Shown here in pieces: positions 10,493-21,185 of a stretch of 64,000 nt of DNA (positions are counted from its first letter, which is position 1; each line of letters starts with the position of its first letter). Under the pieces are notes generated by a model. The model was not told where the DNA came from and ran no database searches. It saw only the letters and a program-made list of their open reading frames with translations. The translations under genes and the position numbers were made by a program. Source of the DNA: Phycisphaerae bacterium (GTDB lineage: Bacteria; Planctomycetota; Phycisphaerae; UBA1845; Fen-1342); assembly GCA_963675745.2 (NCBI GenBank), contig CAXXWX010000023.1, positions 32,001 to 96,000 on the forward strand, in the 5' to 3' direction.

Positions 10493-11052
10493 GCCAACGC
10501 CTCTTCGACGCGCTCGCAGATGTAGTGGTACACCAGCTCATGCGCCTCCTGGATACGATCGGACGCGCCGTGCTGGACGCGCAGGATGCAGTCACAAAAC
10601 GGGGCCAGCTCACCGCCGGATGCACCGGTGAAACCGATGATCATGGCCCCGAACGTCCGCGCGGTTTTGGCCGCGGCGATGATGTTGGGGGAATTGCCGC
10701 TGGTGCTCAGCAGCCAGACGACGTCGCCGGTGTCGAGCAGACCCTCGAGTTGGCGCGCGAAGATCTGGTCATAGCCCAGGTCGTTGGCGATTGCGGTGAG
10801 CGTAGATGAGTCGGTGGTAAGCGCCAGCGCCGGCTGCGCGATGCGTTCGAGCTTAAAACGCCCCAGCAGTTCGCAGGCAATGTGCTGGGCGTCGGCGGCG
10901 CTGCCGCCGTTGCCGATCGTATACACGCGTCGCCCGGCACGCATGCAGTTGACGATCGCCTCGATCATGTGCTCGATCTCGTGCGCGCTCTTTTCGACCG
11001 CGGCAACCGCCCGCTGATGTTCTTCCAGGACTGTCTTCAGTTCGCGACTCAT
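10489..11052 (-). CDS. gmhA: D-sedoheptulose-7-phosphate isomerase
   Basis: GNGGSAADAQH, TAIANDLGYDQIFARQ, STSGNSPN, RIQEAH motifs; adjacent to hldE. Confidence 0.93.
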   Translation of the reverse strand: MSRELKTVLEEHQRAVAAVEKSAHEIEHMIEAIVNCMRAGRRVYTIGNGGSAADAQHIACELLGRFKLERIAQPALALTTDSSTLTAIANDLGYDQIFARQLEGLLDTGDVVWLLSTSGNSPNIIAAAKTARTFGAMIIGFTGASGGELAPFCDCILRVQHGASDRIQEAHELVYHYICERVEEALA

Positions 11053-11078
11053 CGGTTCCGTCCGCCCTGCCCGCCCCG

Positions 11079-12557
11079 TTACACTCCGGCCCGGATTTTC
11101 TCCAGCTCCGCAGTGGTGCTATACCCTTCAACCAGCTCGATCAACTCAACGCGGCCGCCGCGCGACTCGACAAACTCCTGCCCGATGACCCCCTTGCCAG
11201 CCCAGTCTGCGCCCTTGACCAGTATCTCCGGCGCGAGCTGCTCGATGAGCCACCCCGGATCCGGCTGTTCGAACAGCACGACGTAATCGACGGTCTCCAG
11301 CGCGGCCAGCAGGCGCACGCGATCTTCCTGGCGTCGAATCGGTCGATCATCACCCTTGTTCAGAGCGCGCACCGAGGCGTCGCTGTTCACGCCGACCACG
11401 AGCATGCTCCCGAGCGCCTTGGCTTTTTCGAGCAGCTCGACGTGTCCCGGGTGCAGGATGTCGAAGCACCCGTTGGTGAAGACCACCGTTTCGCCGCGCA
11501 GTCGGCGGGCATCGAGTTCGCCGCGCAGCTCGGTAACGCCGCGCAGCTTGCCGCGCAACGTGTCCTTGCCGCGGCGCAGATCGTCACGCACCTCATCGAG
11601 CGCGATGGGCACGCAGCCGAACTTGCTGACCTCCAGCCCACCGGCCACATTGGCCAGTGGCACAACCTGTTCGAAACCGGCACCGGCCGCGACCGCGACG
11701 GCGGCAATGGCCAGCACGGCGTCTCCCGCGCCGGTGTTGTCGTATACCGCCCGCGGCGTCGTGGGGAACCGCTTAAGCCCACCGCCGCGCTGTACGAGCA
11801 GCGCGCCGTCACGGCCCAGCGTGACGATGACCGCCTCGAGGTCGAGTTGCTTGACCAGCCGCGTGGCGGCATCCGGCAGTTGCTCATCGGTCAACGCCGA
11901 TCCAACGCCGATCTCAAGTTCAGCGCGATTCGGGGTGAGCACGGTAGCGCCGGCGTATTTCTTCCAGTCCGGCTGCCGGCACGGGTCTACCAGCACAGGT
12001 ATCCCGCGCGCCCGGGCCGCCTCGATCAGCATATTGCACAGCGACGGCGACAGCAGCCCCTTCGCGTAGTCTTCCAGGCAGATGGCCTCGACGCGGTCGA
12101 GCATCTCGGTCACGCGCGTCAGAAAGCGCTGGGTGTCAGCTTTCGACGGCGCCGCCGTCAGCTCATCGTCCACGCGCAGAATCTGTTGCCGGTGGCGATG
12201 CTCGGCCAAGCCGACCAAGCGCGTTTTCGTGATCGTCGGCCGGTCGCCGACGGAAAGCACGCCGCCGGTATCCACGCCCACCGCGCTGAGCAATTGCCGC
12301 ACGAGTTCGCCGGCCGGGTCCTCTCCGACCAGACCGCAGCAAAGCGTCTCAGCGCCCAGCGCGGCCAGGTTGGAAGCAACCGAGCCCGCCCCGCCGACGC
12401 GGTCCTGGCGTTCGACAACCTGTAGCACCGGCACGGGAGCTTCGGGGCTGATGCGCGTCGCGTCACCGAAGATGTACCGGTCGAGCATCAGGTCGCCGAC
12501 CAGCAGTACGCGCCGGCCGGGAAATCGATCGACAAGCTTCAGCAGTTCATCGGGCAT
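11079..12557 (-). CDS. hldE: Bifunctional heptose-7-phosphate kinase / heptose-1-phosphate adenylyltransferase
   Basis: GDLMLDRY, RISPEAPVPV, TGAGD (PfkB kinase); VFTNGCFDILHPGH, GVNSDASV, LVKGADW (adenylyltransferase). Confidence 0.95.
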   Translation of the reverse strand: MPDELLKLVDRFPGRRVLLVGDLMLDRYIFGDATRISPEAPVPVLQVVERQDRVGGAGSVASNLAALGAETLCCGLVGEDPAGELVRQLLSAVGVDTGGVLSVGDRPTITKTRLVGLAEHRHRQQILRVDDELTAAPSKADTQRFLTRVTEMLDRVEAICLEDYAKGLLSPSLCNMLIEAARARGIPVLVDPCRQPDWKKYAGATVLTPNRAELEIGVGSALTDEQLPDAATRLVKQLDLEAVIVTLGRDGALLVQRGGGLKRFPTTPRAVYDNTGAGDAVLAIAAVAVAAGAGFEQVVPLANVAGGLEVSKFGCVPIALDEVRDDLRRGKDTLRGKLRGVTELRGELDARRLRGETVVFTNGCFDILHPGHVELLEKAKALGSMLVVGVNSDASVRALNKGDDRPIRRQEDRVRLLAALETVDYVVLFEQPDPGWLIEQLAPEILVKGADWAGKGVIGQEFVESRGGRVELIELVEGYSTTAELEKIRAGV

Positions 12558-12595
12558 TCAACACGCATTTCGCTACGAGCCGCCCCCGGCGCACC

Positions 12596-13756
12596 TCACA
12601 CGCAAGCGCATACCTGCTTGGCGGCATCCGTCAGATCGCTCGCCGTACGCAAACCGGCGACGTTCGCTTCGTCGAGCATCTTGCGCGCGGCCTCGACATT
12701 GGTGCCCTCCAGCCGCACCACGACCGGCACGCTGAAGCCCACCTGTTGGGCCGCCTGAATCAGAGCGTCGGCGATCACGTCGCACTTGGCGATGCCGCCG
12801 AAGATGTTGACCAGGACGGCCTTGACCTGTTTGTCGGCGAGAATGATCTTGAAGGCCTCGACAGCAGCCTCCACCGTGACGCCGCCCCCCACGTCGAGGA
12901 AGTTGGCGGGTTCGCCGCCGTGCAGTTTGATCATGTCCATGGTGGCCATCGCGAGCCCGGCCCCGTTGACCAGACACCCGATGTTGCCGTCCAGCGCGAT
13001 GTAGCTCAGCTCATGCGCCTTGGCGGCCAACTCGGCCGGGTTCTCTTCGGATTTGTCGAAGAGGGCCTGAATATCCTCGTGACGAAAGACCGCGTTGTCG
13101 TCGAAGTTGAACTTTGCGTCGATTGCCAGAATCTCGCCGTCGGGCGTTTGTACGAGCGGGTTTATCTCAGCCAGCGAGCAATCCTTCTGGATGAACAGCC
13201 GGGCGAGCTTGACCATCAGGCCGGCGGCGGCCTTGGCCTGCGCGCCGGTCAGGCCGATCTCGGCAGCCAGCGCCTGTGCCTGAAACGGCTGCAAGCCCAG
13301 GTGTGCGTCAAACCACGCCTTTTTGATCGCATCCGGGTTACGTGCGGCGACCTCTTCGATCTCCACGCCACCCTCGGCGCTGGCCATCATGACCGGGACG
13401 CGCTTCGCGCGGTCCACCACTACGCCGACGTAGTATTCGTGCGCTATATCGACGGCGGCCGCGAGCAGAATCTTGCGCACGCGCACACCCTGGGGCCCGG
13501 TCTGCTTCGAGACCATCGGCTCAGCGAACATCCGCCGCGCATGTTGCTCGGCCTCTTCGGCGGACTTGACGAGTTTGACGTAGCCGGCCTTACCACGTCC
13601 GCCGGCGTGTACTTGTGCCTTGACCACGACCGTGTCGGCGCCGACGCGCGAATACGCGGCCGCGGTCTCTCCCGCATCGCTGATGACTTCACTGGCAGGC
13701 ACGGGCACACCGGCCTGCTTCAACAACTCCCGCCCCTGATATTCGTGGACCTTCAT
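12596..13756 (-). CDS. sucC: Succinyl-CoA ligase beta subunit
   Basis: [56 protein letters not shown]. Confidence 0.96.
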   Translation of the reverse strand: MKVHEYQGRELLKQAGVPVPASEVISDAGETAAAYSRVGADTVVVKAQVHAGGRGKAGYVKLVKSAEEAEQHARRMFAEPMVSKQTGPQGVRVRKILLAAAVDIAHEYYVGVVVDRAKRVPVMMASAEGGVEIEEVAARNPDAIKKAWFDAHLGLQPFQAQALAAEIGLTGAQAKAAAGLMVKLARLFIQKDCSLAEINPLVQTPDGEILAIDAKFNFDDNAVFRHEDIQALFDKSEENPAELAAKAHELSYIALDGNIGCLVNGAGLAMATMDMIKLHGGEPANFLDVGGGVTVEAAVEAFKIILADKQVKAVLVNIFGGIAKCDVIADALIQAAQQVGFSVPVVVRLEGTNVEAARKMLDEANVAGLRTASDLTDAAKQVCACV

Positions 13757-13905
13757 CCGGACCGCTCCCAATACCTACTGTGTGACATTCATGTTCCCTG
13801 GACAAGGAAACTACGGAGTTTACCAGCAAGGGGCGCGACACGCCAATCTGCCACCGTGCCCGGGCCTCCGGCGCGCGATCGTCGACCACACGGTATAATG
13901 CCCTC

Positions 13906-15252
13906 ATGGATCTCTTCGCCGAGCAAGAGCGCCAGGCCCTGAAGCGAGTGCAGCCCCTGGCCGTGCGCATGCGACCGCGCAGCCTGGACGAGATCGTCGG
14001 GCAGCCGGCGCTCATCGGCGAAGGCAAGCTGCTCAGGCGCCTGCTCGAAGGCGATTGCCTGACGAGTGCCATCCTCCACGGCCCGCCGGGCTGCGGGAAA
14101 ACCACGCTGGCGCACGTGATCGCCACACACACCAAAGCGGCCTGGGAAGCGCTTCACGCCGCCGAGGCCGGGGTAAAGGATGTTCGAGCGGCGGGCGCCC
14201 GCGCTCGCGATCGGCTGCTGGGCGACGGGCAACGGACCGTGCTCTTCCTCGACGAGATTCACCGTTTCAATCGGGCTCAGCAGGACTCGCTGCTGCGCGA
14301 CGTGGAAGAGGGTGTTCTGATTCTCATCGGCGCCACCACGGAAAACCCGTATTTCACGGTCAACAGCCCGCTGATCTCTCGCAGCCATCTTTTTCAACTG
14401 GAGCCGCTCGGCGAGGATGATCTTATCGCCTTGATGCGACGGGCACTTGCCGATCACAAGCGCGGACTGGGCCGCTTCGAGCCGACTTGTGATGAAGACG
14501 CCCTGCGTCTGCTCGCAGCGCGTGTCGCCGGCGACGCGCGCCGCGCTCTGACGGCGCTCGAGACAGCGGTCACATCGGAGCACGCGGCCGGCCGCCCCCC
14601 ACGCGTCACCGTACCGATCATCGCCGAGTCACTGCAACGCACGGCCCTGACTTCCGATCGCGACGGCGACACGCACTACAACCTGGCTTCCGCGCTGATC
14701 AAGAGCATGCGCGGCAGCGACCCCGATGCCGCCGTCTACTGGCTCGCGCGCATGCTCGAAGGCGGCGAAGACCCGCGCTTTATCGCCCGTCGGATTGCCA
14801 TCTGTGCTTCGGAGGATATCGGCAATGCCGATCCGCAAGCGCTGGTCGTGGCCGCCGCGACCCAGCAGGTCGTGAACCTGGTCGGCCTGCCGGAATGTCA
14901 GCTTGCTCTGGCGCAGGCCGCCATCTACCTGGCGTGCGCGCCGAAGTCCAACTCGGTCACGCGTGCCATCGGCGCCGCGCGTGAGGATGTGCGCACACAG
15001 CCCCCGTTAGCCGTTCCGCCCCACTTGCGTGACACGCATGCCGCCGGTACGCGGAACGCCGCCGACGGAACGGGTTATCGCAACCCGCACGATTTCCCCA
15101 ACGCTTATTGCGCCCAGGACTACCTGCCACGGCCCAGAACGTATTACAATCCAACCAGGCACGGAGACGAGGCGCGTCTGGCGAACTTGCTGCGCGAGCG
15201 AAGGAGCGGCACGACCGGACGTCTTTCCACGCCATCGAAGAGCGAGCAGTGA
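13906..15252 (+). CDS. rarA: Replication-associated recombination protein A (MgsA/RarA AAA+ ATPase)
   Basis: PLAVRMRP, GPPGCGKTT, FLDEIHRFN, GATTENP, SALIKSMRGSDPDAA, ASEDIGNADP. Confidence 0.95.
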   Translation: MDLFAEQERQALKRVQPLAVRMRPRSLDEIVGQPALIGEGKLLRRLLEGDCLTSAILHGPPGCGKTTLAHVIATHTKAAWEALHAAEAGVKDVRAAGARARDRLLGDGQRTVLFLDEIHRFNRAQQDSLLRDVEEGVLILIGATTENPYFTVNSPLISRSHLFQLEPLGEDDLIALMRRALADHKRGLGRFEPTCDEDALRLLAARVAGDARRALTALETAVTSEHAAGRPPRVTVPIIAESLQRTALTSDRDGDTHYNLASALIKSMRGSDPDAAVYWLARMLEGGEDPRFIARRIAICASEDIGNADPQALVVAAATQQVVNLVGLPECQLALAQAAIYLACAPKSNSVTRAIGAAREDVRTQPPLAVPPHLRDTHAAGTRNAADGTGYRNPHDFPNAYCAQDYLPRPRTYYNPTRHGDEARLANLLRERRSGTTGRLSTPSKSEQ

Positions 15253-15830
15253 CTAAGAAGGAAGCTCGTAAAGAACTGCGCAAACGACTCGCCGCTATGT
15301 CGGCGGAACGCATTCAGCAACGTAGCTTGCAAGCGTGTGATCTGCTGCGCCTGCAGACCGAGTATCTGAGCGCGGATGTGATCATGATCTTCCTGGCCGG
15401 CGCGCACGAGGTTGACACGACCTCGCTGGCCCAGGCGGCCTGGGGAGACATGAAGTGCGTACTGGCCCCACGGGTCTCCTGGGAGCAGCGTCGCATGCTG
15501 CCCATCGAGATCCGCTCCATGGCCAGTGATGTTACTGACGGCGTTTTGGGTATCCGCGAACCGATCGACGGCATGCCGGTACCCGTAGCGGATATTGACC
15601 TGGTCGTGGTGCCGGGGTTGGGGTTTGACCTGAACGGCAATCGCCTGGGACGCGGGCGTGGCTTTTACGACCGGTTCCTCGCACACCGGGACTTTCGCGC
15701 CGTGGCTTGCGGATTGGCTTTCGAGGAACAGGTCATGCCCCAGGTTCCGGCCGATGAAACCGACGTACCCCTTGACATGCTGCTCACCGACACGACGGTA
15801 CGCCGCTTTAAGAGATCGCGGAGAACCTGA
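15249..15830 (+). CDS. ygfA: 5-formyltetrahydrofolate cyclo-ligase
   Basis: K.ELRK N-terminus, GIREP, DLVVVPGLGFDLNGNRLGRGRGFYDRFL; GTGA overlap with the rarA stop. Confidence 0.92.
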   Translation: MTKKEARKELRKRLAAMSAERIQQRSLQACDLLRLQTEYLSADVIMIFLAGAHEVDTTSLAQAAWGDMKCVLAPRVSWEQRRMLPIEIRSMASDVTDGVLGIREPIDGMPVPVADIDLVVVPGLGFDLNGNRLGRGRGFYDRFLAHRDFRAVACGLAFEEQVMPQVPADETDVPLDMLLTDTTVRRFKRSRRT

Positions 15831-15833
15831 ACG

Positions 15834-17513
15834 ATGAGCGCTGCCATTGGGCGTCGCCGTTATCTGACGAATTTCGAACCCCACCGACTGCCGCACCTGT
15901 TCACGGATGTGCTGGTGCTTGGCTCGGGTGTCGCCGGGTTGCGCGCCGCGATCGCCGCCGCCGATACCTGCGATGTCCTGCTGGTAACCAAGGATACGGC
16001 GGAGCAGACGAACACTGTCCGCGCGCAGGGCGGAGTTGCGGCGGCCATCGGCCCCGAGGACAGTCCTGACGCGCACGCCGGCGACACACTCGAGGTGGGT
16101 TGCGGTCTGGGACATCCTGAAATCGTCCACCATGTTGTCGAACAGGCACCCCGCCTGATCCGAGAGTTGACCGACTGGGGCGCGCAGTTCGACGTTGAAA
16201 AGCAGAGTCTGGCCCGCGGACGCGAAGGCGGTCATGGCCGCGCGCGGATTATCCACGCCAACGGTGACGCCACCGGTCGCGAGTTTATGCGCGTCTTGCT
16301 CGATCGCGCACGCCGTAACCCGCGCATCCGCATCTTCGAGCACTGCTTCAGCATCGACATTCTGACACTCGACGGCGAGGCCGTCGGCGCGGTGACCTTC
16401 AGTCCCAAGTATGGCCACCAGATGTTCTGGGCAACGACGACAATACTCGCCACCGGCGGTTGCGGCCGTGCATATCGTGAGTCCACCAACGCCCTCGTGG
16501 CCACCGGCGATGGAGCGGCGATGGCGTTCCGCGCGGGAGCGACACTGCGCGATATGGAGATGGTCCAGTTTCACCCCACGACCCTCTATGTCGCCGGCGC
16601 CACCCGCGCCCTGATCAGCGAAGCGGTGCGCGGTGAAGGCGCACTGCTGTGTCATCGCGACGGACGCCGCTTCATGTCCGACTATCATCAGCAAGGTGAA
16701 CTGGCGCCGCGCGACGTGGTCAGTCGCGCCATAACCACCGAGATGCAGCGCGAGAACACGCCCTGCGTGTACCTCGATGTACGCGAGTTCCCCCGCGGTC
16801 GCTTCGCACAGCGCTTTCCGAATCTGAGCCGCATGTGCCTGGACGTCGGCATCGATCCTGAGCACAACCTGATTCCCGTGCGCCCGAGCGCACACTATGT
16901 AATCGGCGGCGTGGTGACCGACCTTCAGGCCCGAACGACCCTGGGCGGACTACTGGCCTGCGGCGAGGTGGCTTCGAGCGGTTTGCACGGCGCCAACCGG
17001 CTGGCCAGTAACTCATTGCTCGAAGGGCTGGTCATGGGTGAGCGGGCCGGACAGACGGCGGCCGAGCGCGCCGCGCGTCAGACCCGTATTGAGCGCCCCC
17101 ACCTGGTCAGTCATTTGGCGCCCGCCTCGGCCCGTACCGAGCTCAATCTCGAAGACATTGCCAACAGCCTGCGCAGCGTGATGTCGCGCAACGTGGCGGT
17201 TGAACGCTCCGCCGATCGCCTGCGCGAGACAATGGAGATCATCGATTTCTGGGCGCGCTACACGCTCGACAAGGTCTTTGACGAGCCCGGCGACTGGGAG
17301 ATCCAGAACCTGCTGACGCTCGCGTGCTGTATCGCCCGTGCCGCCGCCACGCGCAATGAATCGCGCGGCGTACACTACCGGATTGACGCTCCACAGACGT
17401 CGGCGCAGTGGCAATGCCACATCGACCTCAAGCGGCGCGACAACGAAATGCAGGTCAGCACCTCGCCCGTCCCGGCCGATCCACCGGCGGCGCGGGCAGA
17501 TAGTGGTGACTAA
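15834..17513 (+). CDS. nadB: L-aspartate oxidase
   Basis: GSGVAGL, AQGGVAA, REGGH, DMEMVQFHPT, LISEAVRGEG, GLHGANRLASNSLLEG, ESRGVHYR. Confidence 0.93.
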   Translation: MSAAIGRRRYLTNFEPHRLPHLFTDVLVLGSGVAGLRAAIAAADTCDVLLVTKDTAEQTNTVRAQGGVAAAIGPEDSPDAHAGDTLEVGCGLGHPEIVHHVVEQAPRLIRELTDWGAQFDVEKQSLARGREGGHGRARIIHANGDATGREFMRVLLDRARRNPRIRIFEHCFSIDILTLDGEAVGAVTFSPKYGHQMFWATTTILATGGCGRAYRESTNALVATGDGAAMAFRAGATLRDMEMVQFHPTTLYVAGATRALISEAVRGEGALLCHRDGRRFMSDYHQQGELAPRDVVSRAITTEMQRENTPCVYLDVREFPRGRFAQRFPNLSRMCLDVGIDPEHNLIPVRPSAHYVIGGVVTDLQARTTLGGLLACGEVASSGLHGANRLASNSLLEGLVMGERAGQTAAERAARQTRIERPHLVSHLAPASARTELNLEDIANSLRSVMSRNVAVERSADRLRETMEIIDFWARYTLDKVFDEPGDWEIQNLLTLACCIARAAATRNESRGVHYRIDAPQTSAQWQCHIDLKRRDNEMQVSTSPVPADPPAARADSGD

Positions 17514-17546
17514 GGCGGTTTCAACAACAATCCGTTGCCCATACGC

Positions 17547-17616
17547 GGGTGGGGCGGGCGTCCCGCCCGCCTATGTACGGCTTTCGTCGAAGTCGGGCGA
17601 GACGCCCGACCCACCC
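17547..17616. repeat. REP-like inverted pair of short palindromes
   Basis: gggtggggcgggcgtcccgcccgcc (17547-17571) and tcgggcgagacgcccgacccaccc (17593-17616) face each other just after nadB. Confidence 0.6.
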
Positions 17617-17928
17617 CGACAGTGTAAGCCACCGCGTCTTTACTGAGACCGGGCTAGAAGCTATCCCAAAACCCGCGTGCCACCGGTTCTCAACCGGCGA
17701 ATCTCGGGAAACTCCACTGGATACAGGCCCATTTCCGGACGCCGCTGCGCGAAGCCAGCCCCCCCCATGAGAACTGGCCGCGCGCATATTGCGGCGCTCG
17801 CGGCGCATGGCGCCAGCAATCACCCTAACAACGATCCCGGCAGTCTTGTATCAGGTAAACACCTGGATGTGTGGCCATATTCCGCAAATGTAAACGGGAC
17901 AACCGGCGCCGAGGTGGTCGCCCTCGGT

Positions 17929-19788
17929 TCAAGCGCTGCGACCGCTGACACCCGCCGGAACGATGCCGGCCTTGGGCTTTTGCGCGCCCAGCTTCACGAA
18001 CACATCATCGTAGCCACGTTGCAGGAAGTCGCGCGACATGTGGAGATTGATGTGGTCCCAGGGGAGTACCTCGTCGAACGATCGCTCACGATGTGCGTAA
18101 AAGTCCGGATCAACGCCGGTCTTGTCGTACGCGACCTGCCAGTGACGCGCGTCAAACTTCTCGGTCCAGGCTTCGAGACGGGCCCCGCTCTTCCAGGCGG
18201 CGTAAATCACCGGCCCCAAACGCCGATCACCACGCGCCAGCACCGCTTCGAGCACGGATTGCTCCGGTCCGTGCGTACGCAGCTTGACACTGGTCTTCTT
18301 ACGACGTGCGTGTGCGGCCAGCATGTCGCGCACCTCGCGAAAGTACTCCGCGCGCGGCTGGGCCATCCACTGGAGCGGCGTGAACGGCTTGGGCACCAGC
18401 CAACTCACTGAGGCGGAAACCGCGGCCGGCCCTTTGTTAAGCTTACGCCGTTCATCACTTACGCTGCGGGCCAATTCCCAGATGCCGTGGATGTCCTCCT
18501 CGCGTTCGCCGGGAAACCCCGCCATGAAGTAGAGCTTGACGCGGCTCCAGCCGGCCTCATAGGCGGCGCGGACGCCGTCGAGCAGATTCACGTCGACGAC
18601 ACGCTTGCGAATGGCACGCCGCATATCGTCGCGCGCCGCCTCGGCGGCGACGGTCAGGCTGCCCTTGCGCACGCCGCTCACCAGCCAGGGAATGCTGGCA
18701 AGCATCTTGTCGACGCGCAGCGAAGGCAGGCTGAGATTCACGTGCCGCGGGGCGAATCGCTCATTCATGCGCTCGGCAAGGGCCCGCAGTTGCGGATAGT
18801 CGCCGGTCGAAAGCGACAATAACGCAATCTCGTCATGCCCGGTCGCCCAATACATGCTCTCAGCAATCTCCAGCAGACGATCGACCGAACGCAGCTTCAG
18901 CGGGCGCTTGGTATACCCTGCGTGACAGAAACGACAAACCTGAGGACAGCCACGCATGATCTCGATCGCGATGCGGTCGTGTACGGGCGGGATCCACGGC
19001 ACAATCGGCCTGAGTGGAACGGGGTCGTGCTCGAAATCAGTCGTGTGGCAGCGCGCGATCCGCGCCGGCAGGCCTGCCTGGCGCGGCCTGAGCTCGGCAA
19101 GTGTGCCATCGGCGTTGTAGAACGGCTCGTACAGGTTTGGCGCATAGATCCAGGGAAGCCGGCGCGCCATGAGCAGGATCATCTCGCGCCGCGGCACACC
19201 CGCTTGCTTGTATTCGCGGACAGCCTCCAGGATCGCGGTCATGGCCGGCTCACCGTCACCAATCACCACCAGGTCAAGAAACTCCGCGACGGGTTCCGGG
19301 TTGTCAGCCTGGGGCCCGCCGGCGATGACCAGCGGGTGCGCGTCGGTGCGATCGTCGCTGCGCAACGGAATGCCGGCCAGGTCCAGCATTGTGAGCAGAT
19401 TGGTGAAACACAGTTCAAACTGAAGCGAGACCCCGAGGATGTCGGCGTCGGCAACCGGCTGGCGCGTGTCGAGCGTAAAGAGCGGGAGGTTGCGATCACG
19501 CAGGACCTGCTCGGCGTCGGTCCAGGGGCAATAGACGCGTTCGGCACATACGCCGGGCGTATGGTTACACAGCCAGTAGAGCACCTGAAGGCCGACGTGC
19601 GAGGTGGCGATGCTGTAAACGTCGGGGAACGCAAGGGCTACGCGCACCTCGGCGCGTTGCCAGTCACCGGCGCGCGGCAACTGGTTGACCTCCCCGCCGA
19701 TGTACTGCGCCGGCCGCTCCACTCGTGGCAGAAGTTCGGCCGATACCCGGTCGGCGAGCGACGTGTTGGAGTAGTTTTCGCCTTTCAT
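17929..19788 (-). CDS. TIGR03960-type radical SAM protein
   Basis: VERPAQYIGGEVN, FPDVY, AERVYCPW, CPQVCRFC (CxxxCxxC), VPKPFTPLQW, LPWDHI; start chosen at MKGENY (uncertain). Confidence 0.88.
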   Translation of the reverse strand: MKGENYSNTSLADRVSAELLPRVERPAQYIGGEVNQLPRAGDWQRAEVRVALAFPDVYSIATSHVGLQVLYWLCNHTPGVCAERVYCPWTDAEQVLRDRNLPLFTLDTRQPVADADILGVSLQFELCFTNLLTMLDLAGIPLRSDDRTDAHPLVIAGGPQADNPEPVAEFLDLVVIGDGEPAMTAILEAVREYKQAGVPRREMILLMARRLPWIYAPNLYEPFYNADGTLAELRPRQAGLPARIARCHTTDFEHDPVPLRPIVPWIPPVHDRIAIEIMRGCPQVCRFCHAGYTKRPLKLRSVDRLLEIAESMYWATGHDEIALLSLSTGDYPQLRALAERMNERFAPRHVNLSLPSLRVDKMLASIPWLVSGVRKGSLTVAAEAARDDMRRAIRKRVVDVNLLDGVRAAYEAGWSRVKLYFMAGFPGEREEDIHGIWELARSVSDERRKLNKGPAAVSASVSWLVPKPFTPLQWMAQPRAEYFREVRDMLAAHARRKKTSVKLRTHGPEQSVLEAVLARGDRRLGPVIYAAWKSGARLEAWTEKFDARHWQVAYDKTGVDPDFYAHRERSFDEVLPWDHINLHMSRDFLQRGYDDVFVKLGAQKPKAGIVPAGVSGRSA

Positions 19789-20049
19789 CCGGTCTACGTG
19801 CTCCGATTGCATACGGCCTGACATTCTACGGCCATCCACACTCCGGTGGGTGGAACTCATCCGTAAGTACAAATCCTGATGTCAAAAAGCGGCGTTTTCA
19901 CAAGTTGTTGTTGCATATCGTACCGAATTGGTGCATTATCGAGTTGGGCCGAGGGGGCGTGAGTTCAGCCGCGGGACGACAGTTGCCGAAACTGTCGTCC
20001 CGCCTCCTTTTTATATACGAGTGCCGTTGCCAATTCGCCGGTTCCGCAT

Positions 20050-21096
20050 TCACAAAACCAGCATCGCATCGCCAAAGCTGTAGAAGCGGTAGCGCTTAGC
20101 GATAGCCGCCCGGTACGCCGCGCGCACTTGCTCAGACGTGGCAAAGGCCATAACCAGCGCCAGCAGCGTACTCTCCGGCAGGTGAAAGTTGGTCAACAGG
20201 ACATCAACGTTGGTGAACTCGTAGGGCGGGTAGATAAAGATGTCGGTCCAGCCGGCGCGCCTCTCCTCACTCGCGGACTCGTCGCCGATGGTCAGTGGGA
20301 GCGATTCGAGCACGCGCGCCGAAGTCGTGCCAACCGCGACAATACGGCGTCCCGACGCGCGGGCCGCGTGCAGCCGTGCGAGCGTGTCGCCGGCGATTTC
20401 AAACCACTCGGAGTGCATGTCGTGATCGGCAAGGTCATCGACGACCACCGGCTGAAATGTGCCGACGCCCACGTGCAGCGTTACCGACACGCGCTGCACG
20501 CCCAGCTCATCCAACCGGCGCAGCAGCTCCTCCGTAAAGTGCAGCCCGGCGGTTGGAGCCGCAATCGCACCGGCCCTGCGAGCGTAGACCGTCTGGTAGC
20601 GCGCGCGATCAGCGGCATCCGGGCCCGAGTCACGATTGATGTAAGGCGGCAGCGGTGTTCGCCCAACCGTCTCCAGCCACGCCACCGGCTCGATCGCGCG
20701 CGAAGGACGCACCGCCCACTCACCACGCGCATGCCGCTCCAACAGGTCGAGCGCAACGTCACTATTCTCACACGCCAACCGCTCGCCCTGTTTGAGCCGC
20801 GCCGACGGCTTCAGCAGAACATGCCATGCGCCGTCATCGCCGCCGCGCAGGAACAGCGCCTCGACCACTCCGCCCGTGGCCCGGCGGCAGAAAAACCGAG
20901 CCTGCACAACCCGCGTATCGTTCACTACCAGACAATCACCCGGCTGAAGGTACTCGGCGATGTCGCGAAACACGCGGTGTTCGATTCGCCCGGTGCCGCG
21001 GTCGAGCACGAGTAAGCGCGACGCATCGCGCGGCTCGACCGCCTGCTGCGCGATGAGCTCGGGGGGCAGGGTGTAGCTCAGATCAGAACGTTGCAT
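20050..21096 (-). CDS. queA: S-adenosylmethionine:tRNA ribosyltransferase-isomerase
   Basis: LPPELIAQ, VNDTRV, PLPPYI, YQTVYA, AAPTAGLHF, TLHVG.GTF, TNFHLPEST, YRFYSFGDAM. Confidence 0.96.
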   Translation of the reverse strand: MQRSDLSYTLPPELIAQQAVEPRDASRLLVLDRGTGRIEHRVFRDIAEYLQPGDCLVVNDTRVVQARFFCRRATGGVVEALFLRGGDDGAWHVLLKPSARLKQGERLACENSDVALDLLERHARGEWAVRPSRAIEPVAWLETVGRTPLPPYINRDSGPDAADRARYQTVYARRAGAIAAPTAGLHFTEELLRRLDELGVQRVSVTLHVGVGTFQPVVVDDLADHDMHSEWFEIAGDTLARLHAARASGRRIVAVGTTSARVLESLPLTIGDESASEERRAGWTDIFIYPPYEFTNVDVLLTNFHLPESTLLALVMAFATSEQVRAAYRAAIAKRYRFYSFGDAMLVL

Positions 21097-21185
21097 TTGT
21101 CCTCGCGTTCGATTGCCGGATGTCATCGATAACGTGCTATGATAGCGGCAGTTTCGAGCGACCCCATCGCGTGCGGGCCCAGCCT

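Noticed and set aside
15108..15260. 6S RNA upstream of the 5-FTHF cyclo-ligase gene
   Set aside because: The gene overlaps the rarA stop codon, leaving no room for it.
17640..17928. IS end or sRNA between nadB and the radical SAM gene
   Set aside because: tagaagctatcccaaaacc looks like an IS terminus but has no partner or transposase, and no recognisable RNA family could be supported.
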